Notes under the pieces: generated by a model
Seen by the model: the letters and a program-made list of their open reading frames with translations, nothing else
What the model was told of the DNA's origin: nothing
Database searches by the model: none
Origin: a virus
Taxonomy: Duplodnaviria > Caudoviricetes
DNA: 64,000 nucleotides
Virus record (IMG/VR): IMGVR_UViG_3300025939_000001
Coordinates: 1,891 to 65,890 of that record
Direction: 5' to 3' (one strand)
In this document: positions 1-11,700 of the stretch, piece by piece
How positions within the stretch are numbered: position 1 is the first letter of the stretch
Layout of the letters: the number at the start of each line of letters is the position of its first letter
Translations under genes and position numbers: made by a program

Positions 1-1
1 T

Positions 2-1810
2 GGTGCTGCGACTTCCGGTCATGCGCATGCTGGTGTCTATGATCCCGCTGGTTCGGCGTCTACCGCTCTGAGCACGGCGCTCGCGGCCATTCCAACGTCC
101 GGTGGATCAGTTGTCACGGAGACGACGTATGGGCAGTCGAGCTCCGCTGGTGCCGCTGCGACGTGGTCACGGTCTGATCATACGCATGGCACACCAGGTG
201 CTGTCGACATCAGTGGCAAGGTGACGGGACCGGCATCAGCGACCGATAACGCTGTGGTGCGATTTGACAGCACAGGCGGTAAGCTCGTACAGAACTCGTT
301 GATGTTCATCAACGACGATGGCTCAATGATTCTTACGCCGATTGGCTCACTGGCGTATGCAGCTGGTCTGCTCGCGTATGACTCTGTGAACCAGTGCCTG
401 ACATTCTTCAATGATGACACTAATGTCTCAATGCAGATTGGTCAAGAGCTCTGGCTTAAGGTTCGTAACGTCACAGGGTCAACGATCGCAAACGGCATTC
501 CAGTCTACATCTCAGGTGCGAACTCCGGTCTGCCGACGATCGCTCCCGCGAATGCCAATGCGATCGCAACGGTACCCGCGGCTGGTCTCACCACAGAATC
601 GATCGCAAACAACACCAACGGGTACGTGACAATCGCTGGTGTCGTCAATGGCGTTGACACAAGCACCTTCGCCGCTGGAGCGCAGCTGTACGTAGGTACG
701 ACTGCTGGTGCTCTTGTGACGACTGCGCCAAGCTCACCGAACTTCCGCAACCGTGTCGGTTCAGTGATGTCGGTCAACGCCACCACTGGGCAAATTCTTG
801 TGACACCTGGTGCTGCTGTTCTTGGATCTGGTTCAGCGAACCAGGTGCTCGGCATGAACTCGGGCGCGACGGCGCAGGAGTACAAGACGATCAACGGCAC
901 CACGAACCGCCTGACCGTCACCCACGGCACGAACGCGGTCACCCTCGATGTGTCGGCCACACTGATGGCGCTGTACGCGACACTGGCGGGCACGCCGACG
1001 TTCACCGGCACCCCGGCGGCGCCAACAGCGACAGCTGGTACGAACACAACGCAAATCGCAACGACCGCATTTGTCCAGACTGCGGCAGGTCTTCTCATCC
1101 CGAAATCGTTGATGACGACGAAGGGTGACATTCTTGCGGCGACAGGATCTGCGACGCCAGCACGTCTTGGTGTTGGTGCCGACGGTACGTTTCTCAAGGC
1201 AGATTCGTCGCAGGCGACTGGTCTCATCTGGGCAACTCCCACTGTCACGGGTGGCGGTGGTGGAAGCGCGACCGGTTACGAGACTGGCGTCTCCGCGAAC
1301 ACAGGTCTATGGTATCGTGCGCCTGGTGATGGCCCAGTGGGTGCGAACGTCACAGCAACGGTCGGTCGTGCGCTGTTCGTTCCGTTCATCGTCGCCACGT
1401 CAAAGACATGGGATCGCATCGGTTGTGACGTCGCAGTCGTCGCAGCTGCAACTGGTGTCGTTCGTCTTGGTATCTTTGCGAACAACGCAAACGGACAACC
1501 TGGTACACTCATTCTTGATGCTGGCACGATCGACGCCACAGGAACTGGTGGCAAGGCAGCAACGATTTCGCAGCTGCTCGCTCCGGGTTTATATTGGCTC
1601 TGTGCAGTGGGACAGGTTGCCGGAACCGCACAGCTTCGCGCCACGGTTTCAGGACAAAAGCAGACATCGTATTTCTCAGGTGCGAACATGTTCTCCGGAA
1701 CTGAGGCAGGCGTCGCTCTTGTCGCAACGGGCGTCACAGGCACTCTTGCAAGTAATCCAACCATCTCCGACAACGACCGCGGCGTCATCATCGGCATGCG
1801 CGCAGCTTAA
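2..1810 (+). CDS. Virion fibre/decoration-like protein, 5'-truncated by the window edge
   Basis: The frame of ORF 221..1810 is open back to base 2. It is G/A/T-rich with fibre-type motifs (SRSDHTH, LAGTPTFTGTPAAPTATAGTNTTQIATTAFV, KGDILAATG) and lies directly before the adaptor gene. Confidence 0.6.
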   Translation, partial: GAATSGHAHAGVYDPAGSASTALSTALAAIPTSGGSVVTETTYGQSSSAGAAATWSRSDHTHGTPGAVDISGKVTGPASATDNAVVRFDSTGGKLVQNSLMFINDDGSMILTPIGSLAYAAGLLAYDSVNQCLTFFNDDTNVSMQIGQELWLKVRNVTGSTIANGIPVYISGANSGLPTIAPANANAIATVPAAGLTTESIANNTNGYVTIAGVVNGVDTSTFAAGAQLYVGTTAGALVTTAPSSPNFRNRVGSVMSVNATTGQILVTPGAAVLGSGSANQVLGMNSGATAQEYKTINGTTNRLTVTHGTNAVTLDVSATLMALYATLAGTPTFTGTPAAPTATAGTNTTQIATTAFVQTAAGLLIPKSLMTTKGDILAATGSATPARLGVGADGTFLKADSSQATGLIWATPTVTGGGGGSATGYETGVSANTGLWYRAPGDGPVGANVTATVGRALFVPFIVATSKTWDRIGCDVAVVAAATGVVRLGIFANNANGQPGTLILDAGTIDATGTGGKAATISQLLAPGLYWLCAVGQVAGTAQLRATVSGQKQTSYFSGANMFSGTEAGVALVATGVTGTLASNPTISDNDRGVIIGMRAA

Positions 1811-1819
1811 GGAGGAAGC

Positions 1820-2908
1820 GTGACCGTCAAGCTACGTGGTTCAGCGGCCACGCTGACTGCACAGTTCTACGCCTTTGAGGGTGGACCACTCGTTGACGTG
1901 ACGCCGACGATTCTCAACGTCGTTCGTCTTAGCGACGGCGTGACCGTGTTCTCGACGACATCCTGGACCCATGCAGGTCTTGGGACGTACTCAGTCATAT
2001 GGCCCGTCAACGTCGGTACCTCACTGGGTGATTACATCGTAACGTGGACCGCCGTGCAAGGCTCCGCAGCTGAGACGATCACTGTCGTCGAGGCTGGTGC
2101 AAGCATGGGCACTGGGCCCTGCGATGTCCTTCCGGTGACCTGGGTCGCAGGCTGTCTCGATACGTTGTCGCCAGCAGTTACTGGAGCAGCGGTTCAGGCA
2201 GCATCTGAGCTAGTCTGGTCTCTTTCTGGTCGCAGATTTGGTCTCTGTACCAGCGTTCTACGGCCGTGCCGTAGAGAGTGCCAGGGGATGCCTTGGCCGG
2301 CAGGATCCGGCACGTGGCCAGCTGTCTGGGCTGGTCAAACGTACCCACTTCCATTCTGGTGGAATGGCCAGTGGCTTAACCTTACGTGTGGTGGATGCTC
2401 GACTGACTGCTCATGCTCGTCGGTGGAAGAAGTCACTCTACCCGGTGGCGTCTACCAAATCTTGCAGGTGCTCATCGATGGTCAGGAGCTTTCACCGTCG
2501 AGTTATCGTCTGGACGACAACCGACTCGTCGTCCGTACGGATGGTGGCACATGGCCACTCTGCAACGATCTGAGCAAGGACGACACAGAGATCGGGACAT
2601 ACTCGATCACCGCCCAGTGGGGCGAACCGCTGCCGGAGATTGGTAAGATTGCCGTAGGCGAGTTGGCATGCGAGTTCGGAAAGTACCTCACTGGTGTTGA
2701 CTGCAATCTTCCAGAGTCTGTCACGTCTCTGTCGCGGCAAGGTGTCTCTCTCACGTTCGCAGACCCCAACGAAGTCCTCGATCAGGGGCGGCTGGGTCTG
2801 CACTTCACCGACATGTTTCTTTCCGCATTCAACCCAGGAGGACTTAAGGCGCGGAGTCAAGTCTATTCCGTCGACGGTCCGAATCCACGTCGGGCAGGCT
2901 CGGTATGA
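1820..2908 (+). CDS. Head-to-tail adaptor with an N-terminal Ig-like extension
   Basis: Motif ASELVWSLSGRRFG-C...RPC, a Cys-rich loop and C-terminal LSRQGVS...GL...D-F, typical of actinophage adaptors. Strong RBS (aggagg). Confidence 0.75.
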   Translation: MTVKLRGSAATLTAQFYAFEGGPLVDVTPTILNVVRLSDGVTVFSTTSWTHAGLGTYSVIWPVNVGTSLGDYIVTWTAVQGSAAETITVVEAGASMGTGPCDVLPVTWVAGCLDTLSPAVTGAAVQAASELVWSLSGRRFGLCTSVLRPCRRECQGMPWPAGSGTWPAVWAGQTYPLPFWWNGQWLNLTCGGCSTDCSCSSVEEVTLPGGVYQILQVLIDGQELSPSSYRLDDNRLVVRTDGGTWPLCNDLSKDDTEIGTYSITAQWGEPLPEIGKIAVGELACEFGKYLTGVDCNLPESVTSLSRQGVSLTFADPNEVLDQGRLGLHFTDMFLSAFNPGGLKARSQVYSVDGPNPRRAGSV

Positions 2909-3420
2909 GTGGCACGTTCAGCCTAGCTCTCGAGGCGGTCTTGGCTTCGGTGCGTGGGAAGCTGACTGTGACACCCACTGGGTGGCCAGCGGAGGCGCGG
3001 GAGTACATCGTACCTGGCGCTCTCGCGTGGGACAAATGCGAGTGTGGTCTGCTCGCCATCGAATGGCAGAGCGCGAATTACACCGCCGCATTTCCCAACC
3101 CACGTCCAGCACTCGCGGATGGATGCAAGCCCTACCTTGCGCTTCAGCTGTTGGTGACGGTGTTGAGGTGCGCACCGAATCCGGGACCGCACGGCGAACC
3201 GCCATCGGCTGAGGCACTTGGCGCGGCTGCGATCATCAACCTTGATGATGTTGAGGCGCTGCTCACCGGCACATCGCAGGCCGCATCGACGCTTGAGGAC
3301 AACAACGTCATCCTGCAGTACTCACTGGGTCAGGTCTCTCCGGCTGGTCCGCAGGGTGGCTGTGTTGGTGTCACACAGACGATTCACCTTGGCTTTGCGA
3401 ATCGCTGGGGGCCATGCTAA
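2905..3420 (+). CDS. Tail terminator / connector protein
   Basis: Lies between the adaptor and the neck gene. WDKCECG and GPQGGCVG motifs fit actinophage tail terminators. Confidence 0.55.
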   Translation: MSGTFSLALEAVLASVRGKLTVTPTGWPAEAREYIVPGALAWDKCECGLLAIEWQSANYTAAFPNPRPALADGCKPYLALQLLVTVLRCAPNPGPHGEPPSAEALGAAAIINLDDVEALLTGTSQAASTLEDNNVILQYSLGQVSPAGPQGGCVGVTQTIHLGFANRWGPC

Positions 3421-3839
3421 TGGCGAAGGTGTATTTCAGATACTTTCCTGAAGCGATTCGTAAGCTCTTCAGCAATCCTGCATCCACAGGTGTGCGTAAG
3501 ATGCGTACGAAGGCTGTGAAGGTTCAAGCGCTTGCACGTAAGAATCTTCTTCGTCCACCTGGTGGGTTCGATACCGGTGCGCTCAGTGCGTCAATCGAGA
3601 TCACGCAAACGATGGTCGACGGTGCCATCGCCTTTCAGGTTGGTTCAAAGCTTCCTTATGCGCGATATGTGCATGAGGGTACAGGCATTTATGGCCCAAA
3701 GGGTCAGATGATCAAGCCTGTTCGAGCTAAGGCACTTCGTTGGCGTGGTCCTGGTGGTGATGTCATCTTCGCAAAGCAGGTTCGTGGCATTAAACCGAAT
3801 CCATTTTTGCGTGATGCTCTTATCGCTGTTCGTGATTGA
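3414..3839 (+). CDS. HK97 gp10-like neck/tail completion protein
   Basis: DTGALSASI, YARYVHEGTG and V-GIKPNPFLRDAL motifs. Confidence 0.7.
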   Translation: MLMAKVYFRYFPEAIRKLFSNPASTGVRKMRTKAVKVQALARKNLLRPPGGFDTGALSASIEITQTMVDGAIAFQVGSKLPYARYVHEGTGIYGPKGQMIKPVRAKALRWRGPGGDVIFAKQVRGIKPNPFLRDALIAVRD

Positions 3840-3908
3840 TCTTTCTAATGCAGAAGTCTCTCCCAACACGGATTACGGTAGCTGTAGCCGTTCTATGTTG
3901 GAGGATGT

Positions 3909-4349
3909 ATGGCTGAGATCGTTGAGATCATGGACTTCGCGGCTGATGATGTGATCATCGAGTTCAACGTCGGTAAAGATCACTTCATCTGTGCCCCGGA
4001 CATTCCACTCGGTATCATGCAGAAGATCGCTGGTCTCAAGAACCTTCAGGATACCGTGCAGAAAGATGGTATGGAGCCTATCCTTGCCGTCTTTGATGAG
4101 TTTCTGACTTCTACGTCTGCGGTGCTGTTTCGTGAGTGCGTCGAGGTGAAGAAGACGATCGGTCTTCGACGGATCATGCGGATTCTTCCGTGGATCATGG
4201 AGAAGTATGGGCTCCGCCCTACCCAGCCGTCCTCGCCCTCATCGACTGGGTTGAGCGACGGAGAAACTGGTATCAATTCCACGGCTGGTGTATCTCCACT
4301 GGGGTTGCCAACGTCGCCCGACTCTCCGCAGCAGACGCTCTTTCCCTAA
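3909..4349 (+). CDS. Tail assembly chaperone (G)
   Basis: Immediately upstream of the tape measure gene. Ends ...KYGLRPTQPSS..., the usual pre-frameshift pattern. Confidence 0.8.
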   Translation: MAEIVEIMDFAADDVIIEFNVGKDHFICAPDIPLGIMQKIAGLKNLQDTVQKDGMEPILAVFDEFLTSTSAVLFRECVEVKKTIGLRRIMRILPWIMEKYGLRPTQPSSPSSTGLSDGETGINSTAGVSPLGLPTSPDSPQQTLFP

Positions 4350-4564
4350 TTCACTTCTACATCGTCAAAGACATCACTGATGAAGGCGAGTATCGTAAGC
4401 TGTCGGCGCAGCTATCGGGTCCAATGCTCGTCACAGATGTAAAAAGACTTCGTAAGATCAAAGATCGCGCTCCTGATGAACCTCCAATGCCTGCATGGTG
4501 GGATGATGACGACGAAGAAGCAGCGAACACGAGCATCGCTGTTGCGCGTCAGCTTGGCTTTTAG
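4215..4564 (+). CDS. Tail assembly chaperone frameshift extension (GT), -1 frame
   Basis: Overlapping ORF 4136..4564 is in the -1 frame, has no convincing start and ends 9 nt before the tape measure. Candidate slip site CGC CCT ACC at 4215-4223. Confidence 0.7.
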
Positions 4565-4573
4565 GAGTGATCG

Positions 4574-7198
4574 ATGACGAGTCCCGTCTACGGTGAAGGC
4601 TTCATCATCATCCGACCAGACTTTGGTCGGTTTGATGATGAACTTCGCCGTGGCGTCAACCGCGTGCTTGACCAGCTCGGCGACGACTTCCAGATGTTCG
4701 AGCGTTTCGTCAGCAACATCTTCGAGGAGATCGCTGATGAGATGGTCTTTCACATGCGGTACGCAGACCGCGTTATCAGTCGCATCTTCGCTGAACTCTC
4801 ACGTGATGCTCGCATGTGCGGTCTGGCGATCGCCGAGGCGTTCGCATTTGGGTCACGAATAGCACGTGAAGAGCTAGATGATCTGGAAGATCGTGCCCAG
4901 AGGGCGTTCCGGAACATCAGGCAAGCGGCGCGTGGTTCCTCGACGTCGATGATGGGTATCTTCAGCACGCTTGGCGTTCGGCTGATGAGTCTTTTCTCAA
5001 ACCTATTCAGTTCAGGAAGTCAAGCAGGTGCTGGAGGTGCGAACGCCGCCTCTGGTATTGGCAGTTCACTGATGTCCAGTCTCAGTGGCATTGGTGGAAT
5101 GGTCAGCAGCATCGGTCTCATGGGTGCGATCATTCCACTTGCGCTTGAGATGGTCGGCGTCGTCATTAATCTCGCAGGTGCGTTGCTCGCATTGCCTGCC
5201 GCGGCTGGTGTTGCGGCCGCTGCGTTCATTCCACTTAAGATCGCCTTCAATGGTGTTGGTGAAGCACTCTCCGCGATCTGGTCTGGTGACCCAGAAAAGA
5301 TCGCTGAAGCCATGAAAGATCTCGCGCCACATGCACGCGCAGTGGTGAAAGAATTCACGGCGTTTGTTGCTCCCTTGAAGACGATGGGGAAGGCGATCCA
5401 GCAGGGTTTCTTCGTGCCACTTGAGGGCTCGATCACGAAACTGGGCAATACGATCATCCCCGTGCTCAGCAAGAACATCGCAGGTATCGGTTGGGTCTGG
5501 GGCGAGACAATCTCGCAGATCGTCGATGCGATCTCGACACCAACGTTAAGCAACGCCATCGAGGGCATCATTCTCACAGCGATGAATATCATCGCTCGAT
5601 TCGGTCCAACGCTAGCAAGCTTCTTCTCATCGATCATTGGTCTCATCAGTAAGGGTCTGCCATACGTTCAGCGATTCGCCTACTGGATCGCAAGCCTTGT
5701 CGATGCATTCTCCCAGTGGTTGACGAAATCCACCGAAAGTGGCAAGGTCACAGGCTGGCTCGATCAGGCATGGCAGGCTGGTAAGAAGCTGTATGAAGTC
5801 ATCAAGCAGCTGAGCATCTTCGTTGGCTTGATGTTTGGCTCGTTTGGTGATGAAGGACAAGACACGCTTGGTGGCATGGCGGAAAGCATTGCCAAGGTAA
5901 ACGCCTACCTTAAGTCATCTGAGGGCCAGGAATCACTGCATAACCTCGGTGTTGTCATCCACTGGGTAGGCAACGCATTCGTTCTGCTGATCGCAAGTAT
6001 GACCGGTGCGTATTACGCATTGAACACACTCTTTGACGGTGTTCGAGCTCTTGGTGGACTTTTTGTCCTCATGGGTCGAAATATGAAGAGTCAGTGGGCA
6101 CTCGCTGTCAGCTGGACGACGACCGCGTGGAATGCCATTGTTTCTTTCGTCACGACAGCATGGGGTATGCTTGTTGACTTCGTCATCATGCATTGGGATA
6201 GTCTAAAGAAAATTTTCACTGATGGCTGGGCAAGTCTGACGAGCACAGTCTCAACGTGGTATAACAACACGGTCTACTTCCTCACGAACTTCCCAAGGAT
6301 CGTGAAGGAATTTCTTGTCGACGCCGTTATGAACGCTGCATACTACATCGGCTATGCGGTGGGTCTGCTTATTGGCTCATTCATGTTGCTTCCGCAGGCT
6401 GCGAAGCAGGTTTGGTCGGCACTTGTCACGGGGTGGAACGCTGTCTTAGCGTTCTTCACGCAGACGATCCCCGCACTCGCCGCGAATGTCGGTAAGTGGT
6501 TCTCCGACATGTGGAACACAGCATACTCCACCGTGGCGAATTTCGTCACCAACACGCAGGCGAAGGCAGCTGAACTTCCCAGCAAGGTCGGCGACCAGAT
6601 CTCGCAGACTCGTCAACGGGTCATTGATCGATTCACCGAGCTGCGTGATGGCGCCATCGAACGAGTTCGTGGTCTCGTTAGTGGTGCACGTGGTGAGGCG
6701 TCGAAACTTCCTGATCAGGTCAGCAACGCCATTCGCGGTGTCATCAGCAAGACCTATGACATTGGTCGTGACATGATTTATGGCATGATCAACGGCATCA
6801 GGAGCGCTGCATCGGCGCTGTGGAATGCAGCACGTGATGTCGTGATGAACGCGTGGCAAGGCGCGAAGGATGCGTTGAAGAGCAAGTCGCCGTCCAAGAA
6901 GTGGGCTGAGCTTGGTGAAGACAGCGCCGCAGGTTATCAGGTTGGTTTCGACGGATACAACCTGACCGACTCGATCGCGACTGCTGTTAAGATGCCACTC
7001 GACGCCTTCAGTCGACGTGGAATGCAGTCACCGACGGTCAACAACTCGGTGCAGGTTGGCGGTGCTCAGCTCGTCGCGTACCTTCAGATTAGCGATGGGC
7101 AGCTTCAACCTGTTGTCGTCGCAACCCTCAAGGAAAATCCACAGGAAGTTGCTCTTGCCGCTGAGCAGGGCAGCTCACAGCTGGCACGGCGGAGGTAA
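4574..7198 (+). CDS. Tape measure protein
   Basis: 874 aa, Ala/Gly-rich and helical with periodic Trp/Phe repeats. C-terminal SKSPSK motif. Follows the chaperone genes. Confidence 0.92.
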   Translation: MTSPVYGEGFIIIRPDFGRFDDELRRGVNRVLDQLGDDFQMFERFVSNIFEEIADEMVFHMRYADRVISRIFAELSRDARMCGLAIAEAFAFGSRIAREELDDLEDRAQRAFRNIRQAARGSSTSMMGIFSTLGVRLMSLFSNLFSSGSQAGAGGANAASGIGSSLMSSLSGIGGMVSSIGLMGAIIPLALEMVGVVINLAGALLALPAAAGVAAAAFIPLKIAFNGVGEALSAIWSGDPEKIAEAMKDLAPHARAVVKEFTAFVAPLKTMGKAIQQGFFVPLEGSITKLGNTIIPVLSKNIAGIGWVWGETISQIVDAISTPTLSNAIEGIILTAMNIIARFGPTLASFFSSIIGLISKGLPYVQRFAYWIASLVDAFSQWLTKSTESGKVTGWLDQAWQAGKKLYEVIKQLSIFVGLMFGSFGDEGQDTLGGMAESIAKVNAYLKSSEGQESLHNLGVVIHWVGNAFVLLIASMTGAYYALNTLFDGVRALGGLFVLMGRNMKSQWALAVSWTTTAWNAIVSFVTTAWGMLVDFVIMHWDSLKKIFTDGWASLTSTVSTWYNNTVYFLTNFPRIVKEFLVDAVMNAAYYIGYAVGLLIGSFMLLPQAAKQVWSALVTGWNAVLAFFTQTIPALAANVGKWFSDMWNTAYSTVANFVTNTQAKAAELPSKVGDQISQTRQRVIDRFTELRDGAIERVRGLVSGARGEASKLPDQVSNAIRGVISKTYDIGRDMIYGMINGIRSAASALWNAARDVVMNAWQGAKDALKSKSPSKKWAELGEDSAAGYQVGFDGYNLTDSIATAVKMPLDAFSRRGMQSPTVNNSVQVGGAQLVAYLQISDGQLQPVVVATLKENPQEVALAAEQGSSQLARRR

Positions 7199-7200
7199 CG

Positions 7201-8799
7201 ATGAGTCGTGGCTTTGAGGGTCGTCCACTGGAGAACCCGAACAACTGCACTGACCCGTACACACCATCATTCTGGCTTGGAAAGCCAGGCGCACTGACGC
7301 AGATTAGGATGCCTGATGCGGGCATTCGTCGTGATGGTGTCGATAACTTCGCTGTGAAGAACTTGCTCGATGGACAGTCAGTCGATCGATCGCCCTATCT
7401 CTGTCGTACGTGGACATTTCAGCACCAGTGGCTTCGTCCTGAAGTCATGTCCGTGTTCATGGAGTTTGCCACTCGTCAACGCGGCATTGGGCCGTTCATC
7501 CTCATTGATCCGCAGATGAAGAATCTACTGACGCCGAATCAGGCATCCGGGACCGATGCACTGCATACCACTGAGGGATTCAAGGTCGACCCGGTGGTGT
7601 ACAGCACTGTGATCGACACTATGAGTGGCGTCGTCTCAGGCAGCTGGGGAACTGCAGACGTCACAGGGCAGTCATGGACCACAACGATCACGCCTAACGA
7701 CTACTGGAAGGATGGCACGGTTGGACAGGTTCGCCCAACTGCACTGAACAGTAATCGTCACGCATTCTTGACAAGCGATTCGTATGCCGATCGTGTCGTT
7801 CAGGCTGATCTTCAGTTCAGTGCCATCCCTGCGTCTGGTCTCGTTCGACACGGCATCATGGGTCGAAGCACAGGCACATCGAACTACTATGCCGCACTGC
7901 TTGAGGTTGGCCCCACGATGGCGCCAACCTTGACACTCGTGCGTGTCATCTCTGGCACTCCGACGATCATTGGCACAACCGCAAACGTCGGCATCACCAC
8001 CGTGTCTGTGGGTCTCTTTTACACGATTGAGATCTCATGCATCGGTAGTGCCATCAAGGCTCGTGTATGGCAAGTGAACACAACGAAGCCGCTCACCTGG
8101 CATCTTGAGGTCACCGACACAGCGCTTACCACAGGAACCATCGTTGGCACTGTGAGTCGTAACGAGACAGCCGCAACGACGCATATCGCACGATACGATA
8201 ACTTTCTTTCCACGCCGTCGGTGACGAACGCTCTTGCATCATCAGTTGATGATAAGCAACAGGGTGAACGCTCTCTGAGCTGGACGATTTCACCTCCTGT
8301 GACAGGTTCGAGTAGCCCCATGCACGTGCTGCCTCAGACGGGTCTGTACGGCTTCTGCCTACCGCCTAGCGCAGTCGTTGCGTTCTCTGGCTGGGTCAAG
8401 CTTGGATCGACATCTCTCGACCCAGTGGTGACCGTTACACCGAACCTGGTCTGGATGAACGGTGTCGGCGCTGTACAGTCGACAGTTGTCGGAACGAGTG
8501 TACTCGCTGTAACTGGATCATCCGGCGTGGGATGGCAGAAGTTCTGTGTCACAGGTATTGTCCCCACTGGGTCAGCTGGTGTCTATCTTGATCCGCAGAT
8601 CATACTGACGAACTCGTCCATCGGAGCGCTCGTTAGTGTGCTTCTTGATCAGCTGCAAGTTGAGCTGACTTCCACTGGGCAATGCACCACGTGGGAGTAT
8701 GGTCAGGGACAGCCGCTTGTTGGTGTTCGAGCCGATGGTGAATCGATTCCACGCATTCTCAGGACAGATCTTACGTACATCGCTGTGGAGGTCACATGA
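7201..8799 (+). CDS. Minor tail protein (Dit-like) with inserted beta-sandwich/carbohydrate-binding-like domains
   Basis: First gene after the tape measure. WLGKPGAL and GPFILIDP motifs. T/S/V-rich internal region. Confidence 0.65.
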   Translation: MSRGFEGRPLENPNNCTDPYTPSFWLGKPGALTQIRMPDAGIRRDGVDNFAVKNLLDGQSVDRSPYLCRTWTFQHQWLRPEVMSVFMEFATRQRGIGPFILIDPQMKNLLTPNQASGTDALHTTEGFKVDPVVYSTVIDTMSGVVSGSWGTADVTGQSWTTTITPNDYWKDGTVGQVRPTALNSNRHAFLTSDSYADRVVQADLQFSAIPASGLVRHGIMGRSTGTSNYYAALLEVGPTMAPTLTLVRVISGTPTIIGTTANVGITTVSVGLFYTIEISCIGSAIKARVWQVNTTKPLTWHLEVTDTALTTGTIVGTVSRNETAATTHIARYDNFLSTPSVTNALASSVDDKQQGERSLSWTISPPVTGSSSPMHVLPQTGLYGFCLPPSAVVAFSGWVKLGSTSLDPVVTVTPNLVWMNGVGAVQSTVVGTSVLAVTGSSGVGWQKFCVTGIVPTGSAGVYLDPQIILTNSSIGALVSVLLDQLQVELTSTGQCTTWEYGQGQPLVGVRADGESIPRILRTDLTYIAVEVT

Positions 8800-11700
8800 G
8801 ACAGGTCTCTGCGGCGCTTCGTGCTGCGATCGACGCAGGTGAGCGTGTCGTTCGATCGGTCTTCACTGTGGACTGGGACAACGATGGTGTACAAGATCTT
8901 GATGATCTGACCCACCAGATTGGTCGAGTCTCCGCCACGCAGTCGTTGGAGAGTAGCCTTCCAGCTCAGGTGCAGGTTGTGCCTGGCGTCGCCGTTGCAG
9001 AACTCACCGCATCTGTGGAGCGTGGAAACCGCTTTCGATATGACGTACCTGTGACACTGCGTGGCGTTACGTCGGCGTCAAGTGGCAGCGGAACCGTTAC
9101 GACGATCACAGTGCCTCGACCCAGTGATGCACGTGAGGGCGATATCATGCTGCTCTCCGTGTTCATCTCCGGTAATCCTGTCACTCTTGGCATCGGTGGC
9201 CAGTTCGCCTACTATGACATCACTCGTGGAACGAATGTTCCATGGGTTGTGATGTCGGTTCGCGGTGACGGGGTGAGCTTCAGTGACACGGCGTACGCAC
9301 GTGTTGAGGGCGTGTTGCTTGCACGTCGTGTGACGTCGACTGAGCCAAGCATCTACACGATCAGCGTTCCGCCTGATGGTGTCGCGGTCTTTGTCGGGTC
9401 AGCAGTTAACATTGGTGACCAGAACATTATCGGCATTACAGATTTTGACACCAAGGGAGAAGACGGAGTTGACAACCCAACCTCGGTTGTGATGCCGCCT
9501 GTCACCGTCGATCTGCCTGGATCGATGATCGTTTCGTTCTACGCTGCGTCGTCGTATCTCGTCAGTGGGTCATCCTTCTCACCAAGTACCACCGATGATG
9601 TCGAGCAGGTTGAGCTTGCGACGACGTATCCTCCCGTCAGTGGTGCAGCAAATGTTCGCATGGCTGTTATGACGACAGCGAATCCTGCCCGAGGTCGTCA
9701 GCAGAAATCAGCGATCTACACGTCGAGTGGCTCGCTGACGTCGACGGTTGGTTTCGTTGTCGTGCTTGGTCCTAAGCTTGCTGGTGACGAATCACAGCAC
9801 GCCGCGTGGATGATGAGCGAGCTGAATCCTGACTCGCCATACGCTGGTAAGATGCGCATCCGTCGTCCTGTGCGATGGGATCTCTACTTCGTCACTGAAA
9901 GTGGCTTCGAACGCGTGCCGCTTTTCACTGGCTTCACAACGACGACAAGTGGCACGTCACGGAATCGCAGTGCTGAAATTCGTGCACTCGACAACCGTGA
10001 GAACCTGCGTGGTACACGACAAGGCATGGACGTTGTCGCTGAGAGTCCCGTTGCACGTGATGAGTTCTTAGGTCTTCCATTCATGCCTGGACTTGAGTCG
10101 ACGTGGGTTGTCTCCAAGCTGCTCTTCTACGCGTTCTATCGAAGCACAACGAACGGTGTCTTCTCATTTGAGAATCAGAGCCCACTGCGAAATGGTCTTG
10201 GTTACTTCGCAAGTCCTCTAGCGAACAAGTTCTCGTTCCTTTGGGTTCCATTTCACGGATCTGCGCATCCACTGGTCGGAGACGTCTACAACGCGTACGT
10301 AGAAAGCCCTACGCTCGTCCGTAGTCGCTTCGAATTTGACCCTGGACCGTTCGTATCGGCCACCCGAGCTCTCCCCTCAGGGACGAGTCTGAACGCCACG
10401 TGGATTGGTTTCGCTGAGGGATATTCGTCGCAAACATGGCACCCAACCACTGGGCAGCTGGCTGGTCGCATTCAGCACTGGCTTAAGCGTGGCACTCGAG
10501 CAGGATACTGCTTCATCACGATCACTGACACCGTTCCGGGCAATTCGCCAACCTACACATGCATTTCACGTATCGCACCTGATGGATCGTGGTCGTTCAG
10601 GGTGACGCAGCCTGGCGGTGTCTCGCGCATTGTCGTTGGTCCTTCTGTTCCTGAAGACGACAACTGGCACTTCATTGGTGTGCACTTCAACTCCATTACA
10701 GGCTCTGTGACTTTTCGTATCGACAGCACGAACACAGTAGTCGCAATGGCAACGTGGGTCAATACCACACCAAGTGTTGGCTTTGAAAACGTCGTTACGA
10801 TGTACGTGGGTGATGGCGCATCAATCGCTGAGCTCCAGGTCGCAGGTTCGTTTGACCAGACGTCAGGGCTTCAAGTTGGCATCTCACTGACTGATGCGTG
10901 GGCAAACGACAACTTCGTTCCGACAGCCTTCATCGACAAGTCGGATAACGTTCTTGACTGCGTGCCTGTCATCGATAGCGCGATTGATGCGTTTAACGTC
11001 ATCGCCGCAATTTCAGATGCGGAGTTCTCTGCGTTCTTCTTCGATGCAGACGGGTATCCGCACTACCGGAACACCAGATCGAACGTCACCACCACTGGGC
11101 AGACTGTGCAAAAGCAAATCACAGCACGTCGCTCACTTGAAGACTTGCGATACGAATCTGGCGTGCAGCAGATCGCCAACATCATCAGCGTGAGTTGGAC
11201 GGAATTTCTTCCAGTCGTCAATGGTGAGGCATACCGCGCTAATGGTGTCATCACGATTCCAGCAGGTACTGGACTCTCGTTCACTGTTATGCTTCCAGGT
11301 CCTGTGTTTGACAACCAGGGCGTTACGTTCTCAGCGAATTCTGCGATTGACGGCACTGGCACTGATCTTTCATCGTACATATCAACGAGTATCACGTCAA
11401 CCGAGCCATACTCAGTCACGTTCACGGTAAACAACGATGGTCCTATCACTGCATTTCTCGTTGATGGATCTGGTCAGCCAGATCTCGTTGTGATTGCATC
11501 GTGGATGGCACCACAGACGAACACAAGCATGCCGGCCACATACACGGATGCCACATCGATTCGCAAGTACGGTGAACAGGCGCTGCCAACGATTGGTGCC
11601 AACGAGTGGATGCAGCGTTATGACTCAGCGGCCTCACTTGCGCTTACGCTCCTCTCTGACCTTGCCGACGCAAAGCCGGTGCTGACAAGTGTTCCTATCA

